DNA of 58,575 bases, from IMG/VR virus record IMGVR_UViG_3300031669_000031, positions 1 through 58,575 of that record; one strand, given 5' to 3'. The notes under the pieces are model-generated. The model was not told the origin of the DNA, did no database searches, and worked only from the letters and a program-made list of their open reading frames with translations. This DNA comes from a virus (Duplodnaviria > Caudoviricetes). Positions 1-8,517 of the stretch are shown here, piece after piece. Each line of letters starts with the position of its first letter. The first letter of the stretch is position 1. The translations under genes and the position numbers were made by a program.

Positions 1-1
1 A

Positions 2-307
2 AGAATGTGGTATAAGCGTTCTGGTGATACTTTTCTTGGTGGACATGCTATGTGTATCGTTGATTACGATGATTCAAGAGATGGATTTATAATACGTAAT
101 TCATGGGGTGATGATTGGGGTGATAGTGGCTATACTCTTATGAAGTATGAAGATTTTAATCTTGCTTATGAGTTTTGGACAACTATAGATGAAAAATCAA
201 ATCCTGAACCAAAACCTGAACCTGATAAAAAAACATGGATTGAAAAATATTGGTGGATAGTATTAATTGGTGTAGCAATAATTTTTTTAACTTTTTTTAT
301 ATTGTGA
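2..307 (+). CDS. Papain-like (C1 family) cysteine peptidase, C-terminal part, with C-terminal membrane anchor (5'-truncated by window)
   Basis: GGHAMCIVDYDD...FIIRNSWGDDWGDSGY contains the catalytic His and Asn (NSWG) motifs of C1A peptidases; a PEPKPEP linker leads to a hydrophobic tail WWIVLIGVAIIFLTFFIL. Confidence 0.8.
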   Translation, partial: RMWYKRSGDTFLGGHAMCIVDYDDSRDGFIIRNSWGDDWGDSGYTLMKYEDFNLAYEFWTTIDEKSNPEPKPEPDKKTWIEKYWWIVLIGVAIIFLTFFIL

Positions 308-933
308 AATTATCAGGAATATATAAGATTCAAAGTATTATAAAATCAAATAGATGTTATATTGGTAGTGCTGTTGATATAAGTGATAGATGGAAAGTTC
401 ATTTATGTTTATTACGAAAAGGAAATCATCATTCAATTAAATTACAAAATCATTATAACAAATATGGGGAAACTGATTTTCATTTTTCAATATTACTAAA
501 CTGCGAAAAAGAAGATTTAAAAAAGGTTGAACAATATTTTATTAATTCGTATTTACCTTGGTTTAATATCAATAAAAATGCAGATAATCGATTAGGGACC
601 AAACAGTCAGAAGAATCGAAAATGAAGAGTTCAATTTCAAATAAAGGGAAACATAGCGAGAAAAAAGGCCCTCAGTCTATAAAGCATAGACAAAATATAA
701 CTAAATATGCAAGTAGTCGTCCAATTGAACATAATTATAATATAAGTAAGGGAAGAATAGGTATCATCCCTTGGAATAAAGGGTTGACTAAAGAGACTGA
801 TGAAAGGATAAATAAACAAAGTGAAACACAAAAAAAATTAATAAGAACAGAAGAACATTGTAAAAATATAAGTAAAGCAAGAATGGGTATTATACCTTGG
901 AATAAAGGATTGAAAATAAAATTATGTTCGTAG
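304..933 (+). CDS. GIY-YIG homing endonuclease with NUMOD3-like repeats
   Basis: SGIYKIQS...CYIGSA...RW, EQYFI catalytic motifs; two HxxNISKxRxGIIPWNKGL repeats; probable GTG start at 304 overlapping the upstream stop. Confidence 0.9.
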   Translation: MKLSGIYKIQSIIKSNRCYIGSAVDISDRWKVHLCLLRKGNHHSIKLQNHYNKYGETDFHFSILLNCEKEDLKKVEQYFINSYLPWFNINKNADNRLGTKQSEESKMKSSISNKGKHSEKKGPQSIKHRQNITKYASSRPIEHNYNISKGRIGIIPWNKGLTKETDERINKQSETQKKLIRTEEHCKNISKARMGIIPWNKGLKIKLCS

Positions 934-955
934 TATAAACTTAATAATTAAAATT

Positions 956-1336
956 ATGTCAAATCAATTTTTCAAAAACTTATTAATGGTACTAATGTCG
1001 GTAGTCGTAACAGCATTCAGTACAACTCCGCTTGACACAGCATTATTGATTATATCTTTAATCAGCGCAACACTTATTTATGTTGGCAAAAATGCTTTTT
1101 TACCAGCATTAACATCGGTTACGGCATCCGGTACATGGAACTGGAAAAACGTACTTTCAGGATTGTTAATTGCAATTGGTAACGGCATTCTTGACGGTGC
1201 GGCAATGATCATTCTTAATGGGGTGATTGATGTAAAGAAATTATTATTATTGACTCTGTCAATCGCACTTACTTATTTTGGTGCAACTGTATTTAATGGA
1301 CCTACCAATCAAACAAAAATTAAACTTGCAGCTTAG
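956..1336 (+). CDS. Multi-pass membrane protein, holin candidate
   Basis: 126 aa with four hydrophobic segments in an apparent internal duplication; next to a peptidase and a lysozyme-like gene. Confidence 0.55.
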   Translation: MSNQFFKNLLMVLMSVVVTAFSTTPLDTALLIISLISATLIYVGKNAFLPALTSVTASGTWNWKNVLSGLLIAIGNGILDGAAMIILNGVIDVKKLLLLTLSIALTYFGATVFNGPTNQTKIKLAA

Positions 1337-1384
1337 AGAAATATTATTTAACTTAGCGGTATAAATTTTATAAAATTAAGCAGC

Positions 1385-1897
1385 ATGAAAAAAATTCTAA
1401 TTTTGGTTGCTATGTTAACGATTACGTTAACAAGCTATTCTCAGGAATCCCTTCGGTCATTCCATCCATTTAGGACAGTAGAACCATTTCCGGTCATAGA
1501 CCAGGGTCAGGGAAGAAGTATGGTGTATTCCGATGTGACAGAGAAGCCTTTCAAATGGGCTTGGCGATTTGATGCTACTATGGCAGTTCAGGAAGTAACT
1601 CGTAATACTATTACGAAAGAGTGGACTACCACAACATTTAGTGCGATAGGGCCAGCAATAGGCGTCCAGAAGCTTATTCCTCGATCTAAGACAGATCCTA
1701 CTCCGGTTAATGTATTCGGTGCTAGTTTGGGTCTTGCTTTAGGTAGGAATATTCTCGAACCAAATGTTGCAGAATTAAAAGGAATACTGGCTTTGAGTAT
1801 ATGGGAATATCTTAAACTTGGAGGCACATACACAGCGAATCCCCCTCCAGATATAGGGAAACTTGGTTTCTTTGTTGGAGGAGGTATAACATTCTAA
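1385..1897 (+). CDS. Secreted protein, probable outer-membrane beta-barrel
   Basis: Sec signal MKKILILVAMLTITLTSYSQ; alternating beta strands; C-terminal GFFVGGGITF ending in Phe (BAM-type signal). Confidence 0.55.
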   Translation: MKKILILVAMLTITLTSYSQESLRSFHPFRTVEPFPVIDQGQGRSMVYSDVTEKPFKWAWRFDATMAVQEVTRNTITKEWTTTTFSAIGPAIGVQKLIPRSKTDPTPVNVFGASLGLALGRNILEPNVAELKGILALSIWEYLKLGGTYTANPPPDIGKLGFFVGGGITF

Positions 1898-1915
1898 TCA
1901 GAGTTTGCTACAATG

Positions 1916-1946
1916 AAAAAGCCAGGCCGTTAAAGCCTGGCTTTTT
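1916..1946. terminator. Bidirectional intrinsic terminator
   Basis: AAAAAGCCAGGC-cgttaaa-GCCTGGCTTTTT, a perfect inverted repeat with A/T tracts between convergent units. Confidence 0.9.
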
Positions 1947-2000
1947 GCTTAACATTCTGACAAATGTTCCACTAAGATCGAGTGGACGATTTAACCTCTG
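1916..2000 (-). ncRNA. Candidate ~85-nt small RNA
   Basis: Lies between the promoter at 2005-2035 and the terminator at 1916-1946, with no ORF; hairpins TCCACT/AGTGGA and AACATT/AATGTT. Confidence 0.5.
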
Positions 2001-2004
2001 ATCA

Positions 2005-2035
2005 CAAAGGTATGAATAGTATCGGAATAATCAAA
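2005..2035 (-). promoter_or_regulatory. Bacteroidota sigma-A type promoter
   Basis: Minus strand TTTG (2035-2032), 19 nt spacer, TACCTTTG (2012-2005); matches the -33/-7 consensus. Confidence 0.75.
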
Positions 2036-2050
2036 TTATTTTTTTAACAT

Positions 2051-2524
2051 TTATTGCAACTGTTTTTGAATTAAATCCCAATACTTTTTTGTGGCTTTTT
2101 TCTTCATGCCTTTTGCTCCACCATTCCACTCTCTCGAAATTCGCTCTGAATCCCGGTAATCAAGCTGGCTGGCATAGTGCATAAATACCTCTCTCGAATA
2201 TTCCTCAACCCACATGAAAGTAACATTATACTGTTTCCCTGTTTGTTGGTAGTAATCATTGAGTCTGTCTTGTCGCACCTGTACTCTTCCGTAGCTATGC
2301 TGTTTCAAATTCTTATCACCAATGGCATTATCATCAAATCTTGATTCAACGTAGCCAGTAGCATCCCAAATCTTTTCATAAGGATTGATTTGAGGTAGTC
2401 TCTCAATATATAGCACATTACCTAAGGTAGGTGCAAATAATTGAAAGCTAAATAGTGATATAAAGATCATCATTAACATTTTCATCATATTTAATTTGGT
2501 AAATACTATGGAGTTATAAACCAC
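2051..2524 (-). CDS. Lysozyme-like/transglycosylase-fold protein with N-terminal hydrophobic signal (endolysin candidate)
   Basis: VESRFDDNAIGD...SYGRVQVR and WNGG motifs typical of the lysozyme-like superfamily; true start probably at the MMKML run. Confidence 0.7.
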   Translation of the reverse strand: MVYNSIVFTKLNMMKMLMMIFISLFSFQLFAPTLGNVLYIERLPQINPYEKIWDATGYVESRFDDNAIGDKNLKQHSYGRVQVRQDRLNDYYQQTGKQYNVTFMWVEEYSREVFMHYASQLDYRDSERISREWNGGAKGMKKKATKKYWDLIQKQLQ

Positions 2525-2586
2525 AAGGACTGTGGTGAAGTATATTAAGATGATGCAAGATAACCATTATTAATTAAATGACCAAA

Positions 2587-2934
2587 TTAAGGGGCAGGAG
2601 GACCAAACAGGATATCTCCAAGCTCTTTTATTATTTCCTTGTAATGCGAGCTCGGATCTCTGTCTGCTCTTATATCTAATTCATGCTGTATCTCCCTGAG
2701 CCTTTTCATGTCATCATGCTTCAGGACATAGCCGGTGAGACTGAATTCAACATGATCAGGCCGGGTAGGATTATCATGAAATGCAGGTTTCTTCTCCTCA
2801 GACATTTTAAGATGATCATCCCCGGTTAATGCTTTACCCCATTTAATGTATAGCTCTTTTTTGATTATTTCAGGCAGCTCGGGAATTTCCATCTCGGTAG
2901 CTGTCAATACGTGTGTTGCTGTTACTTTTTTCAT
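2587..2934 (-). CDS. Hypothetical protein
   Basis: ORF track, in leftward operon. Confidence 0.6.
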   Translation of the reverse strand: MKKVTATHVLTATEMEIPELPEIIKKELYIKWGKALTGDDHLKMSEEKKPAFHDNPTRPDHVEFSLTGYVLKHDDMKRLREIQHELDIRADRDPSSHYKEIIKELGDILFGPPAP

Positions 2935-2938
2935 GATA

Positions 2939-3043
2939 CTATTCTTTATCGGTTACATAATCCCAAACGTCCCAGGCTAATAATATCAGCCCCCATACAA
3001 ATATGGCAACTATAGGCCAAAGTTTTACAAATAATCCTTCCAT
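2939..3043 (-). CDS. Small membrane protein (34 aa, not in ORF track)
   Basis: MEGLFVKLWPIVAIFVWGLILLAWDVWDYVTDKE fills the gap between neighbouring genes. Confidence 0.5.
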   Translation of the reverse strand: MEGLFVKLWPIVAIFVWGLILLAWDVWDYVTDKE

Positions 3044-3049
3044 GATAAT

Positions 3050-3595
3050 TTATTTATTGGTTAGTACAAAATCATATTTCCATACCCAGGGGTTCTCTGT
3101 CCATGAGGAGAATCCATGTATCTTAATCCACCAGTTCTCAAATTCTGCCCTGTCCCTGCATCCTTCCAGTACTGCATCAGCCTCTGTTATGTCATGAGCC
3201 CTCTCTACAGATACTTCTTTGATCTTGGTAAAGTATCGGGCATACATCTCTGGCATGAATAATTTGTTCTTCCAATGATAGGTATTCTTTGAATTAACGG
3301 AAGAACCATAAAGGTACTCTACATTCTTTACTCCTCTAAGAGTTTCTATCACATGAATATTCGGAGCATACGGCTCCTTCAGGTAAACGATCTCCCCGGG
3401 CCGGTACCTTGGATATATAAATTTACGATTGTACTGATCATTAATAACCAGTAAAGATGGACCCTGTGGAGGTCCGCATGGCCCACTCCTTTCGTATTTA
3501 TATCCTTCTGGTATATTAACCAACCTCCTCGTCTGGATCTTCTCCCCTGACACAACCTTGTTGAACAGGGGCTCTTTGTAGCAAATACCTTTCAT
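3050..3595 (-). CDS. ASCH/PUA-like domain phage protein
   Basis: GEKIQTRR, GEIVYLKEP, WKNKLFMP, VERAHDITEADAVLEG, F..WW..IHG..SW..NPWVW motifs; start at MKGICYK overlapping the upstream stop. Confidence 0.75.
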   Translation of the reverse strand: MKGICYKEPLFNKVVSGEKIQTRRLVNIPEGYKYERSGPCGPPQGPSLLVINDQYNRKFIYPRYRPGEIVYLKEPYAPNIHVIETLRGVKNVEYLYGSSVNSKNTYHWKNKLFMPEMYARYFTKIKEVSVERAHDITEADAVLEGCRDRAEFENWWIKIHGFSSWTENPWVWKYDFVLTNK

Positions 3596-4125
3596 TGCTT
3601 TATAGGGATTGGATGAAAGAGACGATCCCAAAAGTTTTGCTTTGCTATCTTACTGAGCTGAGTATTAAGATCATTAACCTGTTTTTGCAGACTGCCAATA
3701 ATATTATCTTTGGTATTTTCTTTCTGCATATTTGTTACAAGTTTAAGCTTGTGCTCGTATTCTGTTTTAAGGGTCTTTATCGCCTCGTCCTTCTCGCTAA
3801 GCTTCTTGCGATAATCAGTGATCTGCCGGTCTCTCTCATTTAACTGATCCTGTACCTTTCTGCTTTCTTCTGATCTAATGGGGCCAATCACATCTTCTAA
3901 ATTGATATATGTATGAGGGTATATTGACCAATCTTTCCGGGGATCTATTCTATTCATCCCTAATCTAACATCATAGCTTTCTTTATAAGCAGCTACTCGT
4001 TCCCGAACCTCTACCTTAATCATCTTTTGTGAAGTTTCGAGTACTGATACCTTGTATTCCTCTTGCTCTAGCTTTGTTCTCAGGGCATCAAGCTCTGATA
4101 ATGGCATTGTTACATCTGCATTCAT
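3592..4125 (-). CDS. Coiled-coil hypothetical protein
   Basis: Heptad-rich C-terminal half ending in the common FWDRLF tail. Confidence 0.65.
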   Translation of the reverse strand: MNADVTMPLSELDALRTKLEQEEYKVSVLETSQKMIKVEVRERVAAYKESYDVRLGMNRIDPRKDWSIYPHTYINLEDVIGPIRSEESRKVQDQLNERDRQITDYRKKLSEKDEAIKTLKTEYEHKLKLVTNMQKENTKDNIIGSLQKQVNDLNTQLSKIAKQNFWDRLFHPIPIKQ

Positions 4126-4165
4126 AATAATAGATTTAAGTAAATAATTAAATTATATGTCATTC

Positions 4166-4372
4166 TTAATGATTTAATAAATAATGCTCAAATGCATGCT
4201 GAGTATCTTCTGTGACATTTATTAATTGTTCTATCACAAGATAAGGGTCGTCTAACCTCACCAGCATCTGCACTACCTGATGAAACAGAGCAGATTGTTT
4301 GTATTTTTCTTCTCCATTCGGGAATTTTGCTAAAATCTCGTTTGTTTTACGGTATTGTTCTTCTCGTGTCAT
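4166..4372 (-). CDS. Hypothetical protein
   Basis: ORF track, operon context. Confidence 0.6.
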   Translation of the reverse strand: MTREEQYRKTNEILAKFPNGEEKYKQSALFHQVVQMLVRLDDPYLVIEQLINVTEDTQHAFEHYLLNH

Positions 4373-4407
4373 TTCGGAAACTCTTTACATTTATTGATTT
4401 AGTTCAT

Positions 4408-4614
4408 TCATTTTAAAATAGTTTTAATTATATTAATAACTCTATCTATGCAAGTACCAAGCAGGGCTGCAGAGCCCAGGAAAGCGAGGATTGAAGGAAT
4501 CCCATTTAAGGAATAGGTTATATCCATTACGAATATAAGTAGCAGAAATAGTCCCAATAGGACTACAAGTGCCATGAGTGCTATAATAAGTATTGCCGGT
4601 AGTAGTATTTTCAT
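4408..4614 (-). CDS. Small two-TM membrane protein
   Basis: Two long hydrophobic segments. Confidence 0.6.
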   Translation of the reverse strand: MKILLPAILIIALMALVVLLGLFLLLIFVMDITYSLNGIPSILAFLGSAALLGTCIDRVINIIKTILK

Positions 4615-4623
4615 AATTTATTT

Positions 4624-4992
4624 TTAATTGAACTCCATAGTGCCTTTCTCCGGCTTTTCATTTGATTTTGGTATCTTACCGTCACGCATGGCTTTTGCAC
4701 CGATTATTTTTCCTATTGCAATTCCCCTTTCATAATCCCCACATATATTTTGTTCTGATTCATCATAAGCCCATTTCTCAATATCCTCATCGCTTACAAG
4801 TTCTACTGGCTTGAGATACCAGTCAATAGTAGCCATCCAATCAGCTATTGATTCAGGATCATAAGGATTATATTCAAGATACATTACGCATTTACCATAT
4901 CTGCTTTTATCAAAAACAATATATGTTGTATGTTCTTTCGGCAAATCAGCCTCGGTTTTGATAAAGACTTTTTTGTATGTTTCTTCTTTCAT
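4624..4992 (-). CDS. Hypothetical protein
   Basis: Starts at the shared TAAGCCATGAAAGAA junction. Confidence 0.65.
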   Translation of the reverse strand: MKEETYKKVFIKTEADLPKEHTTYIVFDKSRYGKCVMYLEYNPYDPESIADWMATIDWYLKPVELVSDEDIEKWAYDESEQNICGDYERGIAIGKIIGAKAMRDGKIPKSNEKPEKGTMEFN

Positions 4993-5159
4993 GGCTTAAT
5001 AATTAATCTTATTTCTGCGATACTTAAATCATCCAAAAGTCTTTCAATCCTTGCGTCTGTTAATAATACAGGCACAGTAAATTCATTCTTTTTGTAGTCG
5101 TAATACCTAAATTGATATTCACAATTATTTTTCATTGCTAATAGTAAAAGTTCTTTCAT
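4989..5159 (-). CDS. Hypothetical 56-aa protein (not in ORF track)
   Basis: MKELLLLAMKNNCEYQFRYY...RLIIKP; begins and ends in the repeated 15-nt junction. Confidence 0.55.
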   Translation of the reverse strand: MKELLLLAMKNNCEYQFRYYDYKKNEFTVPVLLTDARIERLLDDLSIAEIRLIIKP

Positions 5160-5452
5160 GGCTTATGTTTTTTAAGTTCTTCTCTACGGCGGTGCATTGC
5201 TTTATGTGTTTTATATCCCCATTGATGATATTCTTTCTTACAAACAGGACAAGTAATAAATTCTTCTTGCGCTCTCTCACGCTCAAATAATATCTCTATC
5301 ACCCACTCTGTATTCTTTACATCTACTGGGTATTCTTTTATTTTTTTACCATATAGAATAACCCTCCACCCTAACCGACCTTCTTTATTAAGCATTTCAA
5401 CTAAACTTTCCTCAACACTGATTAATTCAATTTTATATTCGTATTCTTTCAT
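5156..5452 (-). CDS. DUF4177-like protein with C-terminal C2H2-like zinc finger
   Basis: YEYK...LN..G..GW N-terminus; CPVC-x11-H-x3-H. Confidence 0.55.
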   Translation of the reverse strand: MKEYEYKIELISVEESLVEMLNKEGRLGWRVILYGKKIKEYPVDVKNTEWVIEILFERERAQEEFITCPVCKKEYHQWGYKTHKAMHRRREELKKHKP

Positions 5453-5464
5453 GGCTTATAGTTG

Positions 5465-5680
5465 TTAATTCTCATATCCCTTTAAAGCATTGTATGATTT
5501 AATCATATCAATAGTATCATTTTCTGACATTGCTTTCTCTGCATTAATAACATCTAACTTCATCATGGTAGCTGCAAATAAACCCGCATTTTTTGGTAGG
5601 GATTCATATTCAGGAATCATTTCCCGAACTCTCTGAATTTCTTTAAGTAATCCACTAATTAAATTTTCTTCTTCTTTCAT
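5465..5680 (-). CDS. Hypothetical protein
   Basis: ORF track; probable start MKEEENL overlapping the upstream stop. Confidence 0.6.
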   Translation of the reverse strand: MKEEENLISGLLKEIQRVREMIPEYESLPKNAGLFAATMMKLDVINAEKAMSENDTIDMIKSYNALKGYEN

Positions 5681-5817
5681 TTCGTCTCTCCTTTCCATTC
5701 CATAAACATCTTGAAATCAGAGGCTAATTCTTCGGCAATCTGACTTTTAACTATTGCTGGCACATTTACCATTGATTCAGATGACATACTTAATATGTTA
5801 AATATATGTTCTTTCAT
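5677..5817 (-). CDS. Small hypothetical protein
   Basis: 3' part of track ORF 5677-5934; probable start MKEHIF. Confidence 0.4.
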   Translation of the reverse strand: MKEHIFNILSMSSESMVNVPAIVKSQIAEELASDFKMFMEWKGETK

Positions 5818-5866
5818 CGCATCTGTTTTTGAATTTTCTGCCAGTAAATCTTTGTAGCCTTTAATT

Positions 5867-6250
5867 TTAACGTGAGTGTTCCTGAAATCCTGTGAACTCT
5901 TTAAACATTGTAATTTCTTCTTTTTTATTATCAATATTTATAAGTATTTTGTCTTTACTCAACATAAATGTATATCCGCCTGCTGTATGATGTTGCCCTC
6001 TTAATACAAATCGAATAAGACGTGAATGAATACCTAAACAGCGTGATGCTTCCCGAATACTTTTAAATCTCCCTTTCTCAACTCCATTGCGAGTCATTGC
6101 AATTATTTCTTCTGAATCCTTTGTAAAGTGATTAATCCCAATATCCAGGGCCTGACGAATGAACCACCGGTAAGTATTTACATGATCTATCTCACCTGTT
6201 ACCTTAACCATTTCAAAGGCTAATTTATTTATAACTTCCATGTGTGTCAT
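5867..6250 (-). CDS. NUMOD1/IENR1-type HTH DNA-binding protein
   Basis: FKSIREASRCLGIHSRLIRFVLRGQHHTAGGYTF matches the NUMOD1 pattern; no nuclease motif seen. Confidence 0.7.
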   Translation of the reverse strand: MTHMEVINKLAFEMVKVTGEIDHVNTYRWFIRQALDIGINHFTKDSEEIIAMTRNGVEKGRFKSIREASRCLGIHSRLIRFVLRGQHHTAGGYTFMLSKDKILINIDNKKEEITMFKEFTGFQEHSR

Positions 6251-6768
6251 TTCTTTGAATTTTGATGTGGATATACTTTATGAGTAACTGCCATAGTAAC
6301 TGCTTCCAGTTCTATTGCTGGTTTCGGGAAGATTACCTCTTCTTTAGCTATAAGATCTAGTACATATTGGGCCCTGGTCATATAATCTTTCTCTGATTTC
6401 ATGTGCTCCTGTGCCTTTGTGCTGGCATACCTCATTGCTGCAATCTTGCGACCAGTAATCTTAGTGAGCTCTCTCCAGCTGTATTTCTTGACCTTAATCA
6501 TCACATAGAAATAAAACTTTCTGGCATTTGCATACGGTACTTGTCTTTCCCCTGGTATCCGGGGCCTCGTCCATTGTAATGAATTGGTGCCCACATATTC
6601 TTTATCAACGATATCAGTGCTACCAAGAACCATATTTTCGGGTATTTCCCATGCCTCGGCTATTATCTCCGTTATTCTCTTTTTCCCTTTAACTCTGAGA
6701 AAAGGATATTCAAGCAGAGGCACCACGTATGCGCTTGGTCCTGATTTTCGATTAATTTGCTCATTCAT
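6247..6768 (-). CDS. DnaA C-terminal-like HTH protein
   Basis: ANARKFYFYVM...YSWRELTKITGRKIAAMRYA resembles the DnaA domain IV HTH. Confidence 0.45.
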   Translation of the reverse strand: MNEQINRKSGPSAYVVPLLEYPFLRVKGKKRITEIIAEAWEIPENMVLGSTDIVDKEYVGTNSLQWTRPRIPGERQVPYANARKFYFYVMIKVKKYSWRELTKITGRKIAAMRYASTKAQEHMKSEKDYMTRAQYVLDLIAKEEVIFPKPAIELEAVTMAVTHKVYPHQNSKK

Positions 6769-7142
6769 CCTATCATAATTTTTAGTGGAATTGGAATAGT
6801 CTGTTCTATTGGCCTCCATAAGTGAAGTACATATGGATGTCGATTAACGTATTCACTCTTCGAAGGATGATATTGGATAACACAATCCTCATCATCCCAA
6901 AATAAAGATTTAATATAGCACATTTCATCCCAAGACGGACATCGAATCACTATTTTCCTTTCAGGAAGTGATAAACTAACGGATACATGCTCCCATCCCA
7001 TTCCATCAGAGGCTAATGTCCTATATTGAAGCACATTCTTTTTATGGTATGGAATTATAAATAATCCATTATTCCCATAGCTTTCATCCGATTTGTAAAC
7101 TGGATCAGTCGTATTTCTATATTGATTTGGTACGTGAAACAT
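6765..7142 (-). CDS. Conserved phage protein (WEHVSVS / HLWRP family)
   Basis: GWEHVSVS...RCPSWDEMCYIKSLFW...QYHP..SEYVN.HP..LHLWRP, a pattern I recognise from many phages; function unknown. Confidence 0.75.
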   Translation of the reverse strand: MFHVPNQYRNTTDPVYKSDESYGNNGLFIIPYHKKNVLQYRTLASDGMGWEHVSVSLSLPERKIVIRCPSWDEMCYIKSLFWDDEDCVIQYHPSKSEYVNRHPYVLHLWRPIEQTIPIPLKIMIG

Positions 7143-7144
7143 TT

Positions 7145-7789
7145 TTACGGTCTTAAACTATTTCCTTTAAACTCAATAATCTTGCATAGCCGGTTAAGCC
7201 GGTCTATAGTACGATCCCCATACCTCTGTATGAATTGTACTGAGGACAGGTTAGAGGATATGATCAGGATATTAAGATCCTGCTCAGCAACATTGATGAT
7301 CTCATTGAATGATTCAAATTTCTCTCCGTAATTATTGACCATTGACTCAGTGCCAAGCTCATCTATATACGAGAACTTCCATTTCCGGTATAACTCGTAA
7401 TTCCAATTATCATGAATCGGAGATTTAGAGGGGAGCAGTGATGCATGGAATCCCGGAAGGTATTTTCCTGCTGCAATAAAAACAGGTATGAGTACTCCCA
7501 TTATGATCTTGCTTTTTCCTCTGCCACAGTCGCCAAACATAAATAATCCCTTCCCCTGATTATCTGCCATCCAATCAAGTACCTTTTCATACTCTGACAG
7601 CCACAGTAGAGGGTGCTGCTTGGTTATCGTTTTGTCATACCTTGTAAAGCATTCAATGAATACAGGCTTCATCATATCCCTTGATCCAAGAGATATATTT
7701 GTTGGTCTGCACTCATAGGGTCCGTTCTCGGACAGCCTTGCAAATGCCTTGTTGATTTTATCTAAGTGTTTCGGGTCAATAGGTTCCAT
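7145..7789 (-). CDS. DnaC/IstB-like AAA+ ATPase (helicase loader)
   Basis: Walker A GDCGRGKS, Walker B YIDELG, ISSNL...YGDRTIDRL; follows the initiator; probable start MEPIDPK. Confidence 0.85.
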   Translation of the reverse strand: MEPIDPKHLDKINKAFARLSENGPYECRPTNISLGSRDMMKPVFIECFTRYDKTITKQHPLLWLSEYEKVLDWMADNQGKGLFMFGDCGRGKSKIIMGVLIPVFIAAGKYLPGFHASLLPSKSPIHDNWNYELYRKWKFSYIDELGTESMVNNYGEKFESFNEIINVAEQDLNILIISSNLSSVQFIQRYGDRTIDRLNRLCKIIEFKGNSLRP

Positions 7790-7790
7790 A

Positions 7791-8489
7791 TTACTCTGTT
7801 TTAAATTTTGCTGGTACTTTCCCTGATACAAAGTTTTGCCCGGGATGCTGGCCTCGTTCAATACCTTTCTCTTTTTTCTCTTTCCTTTCTCTGTCCTCCC
7901 AGGTATGCACAGCTTTTTTCCAATCCTTAATTGGATGGCGTGATTTTCCATATACCCAACCTACCGTTTCATAGTGATTAAGGAAAGCGATGGGATCAAC
8001 TTCGTTTTTTCTCTCATTACAATACGCTGCAACCTCCTCAACGCTTGGAGGTTTAAAAACTTTGGCCTTGGGTGCTTTCTTCTTTCGAATATTCGATTCT
8101 CCGGGGGTTGAGGTACCATCTGGAACCGGTTTCCCGGGTTTTTTACCTGATTTCTGCTTTTCGCCATTTATGGTTTTTGGGTCTTTACCGTAATAAATGC
8201 CAAGATTCTTTGCCCTGGATTCTTTGAATCTACTCTTTTTTATCATCTCATGATCTAATCTCGTATTGTAATACAAACCATGTTCATCTATTGATAATTT
8301 TTCGAATACCTTTGGGTAATTATGCCCTTCACAGAATGTAATTACTTCATCATGCGTTAAACGACCAGTTTCAAAGATCATAGCCAGAACGTCAATATAG
8401 GCTCCTCTCTCCGCTTGTGTCATCTTTCTGGTACTTGTATAGTAATTGCCAAAATAAAAAGGTATAGATGGATCTTTTAGCTTTGTCAT
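7791..8489 (-). CDS. Phage replication initiator (DUF1376/YdaU-like N-terminus; lambda O-like role)
   Basis: PFYFGNY...MTQAERGAYIDVL, YYNTRLDHEM; C-terminal FKPPSVEEV..YC..R...DP..F..HY...GW...IKDWK.AV.TWE. Confidence 0.75.
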   Translation of the reverse strand: MTKLKDPSIPFYFGNYYTSTRKMTQAERGAYIDVLAMIFETGRLTHDEVITFCEGHNYPKVFEKLSIDEHGLYYNTRLDHEMIKKSRFKESRAKNLGIYYGKDPKTINGEKQKSGKKPGKPVPDGTSTPGESNIRKKKAPKAKVFKPPSVEEVAAYCNERKNEVDPIAFLNHYETVGWVYGKSRHPIKDWKKAVHTWEDRERKEKKEKGIERGQHPGQNFVSGKVPAKFKTE

Positions 8490-8517
8490 AAACCTGTTTT
8501 TAGTTCAAAAACTACTT

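Larger units (their letters stand above)
4984..5458 (-). repeat. Three exact 15-nt repeats TAAGCCATGAAAGAA at gene junctions
   Basis: Plus-strand ttctttcatggctta at 4984-4998, 5151-5165 and 5444-5458; 11-nt partial copy at 10063-10073. Confidence 0.85.

Noticed and set aside
7790-7951. N-terminal extension of the DnaC-like ORF given in the track
   Set aside because: Overlaps the initiator's conserved C-terminus; the ATG at 7789 directly after the initiator stop is more plausible
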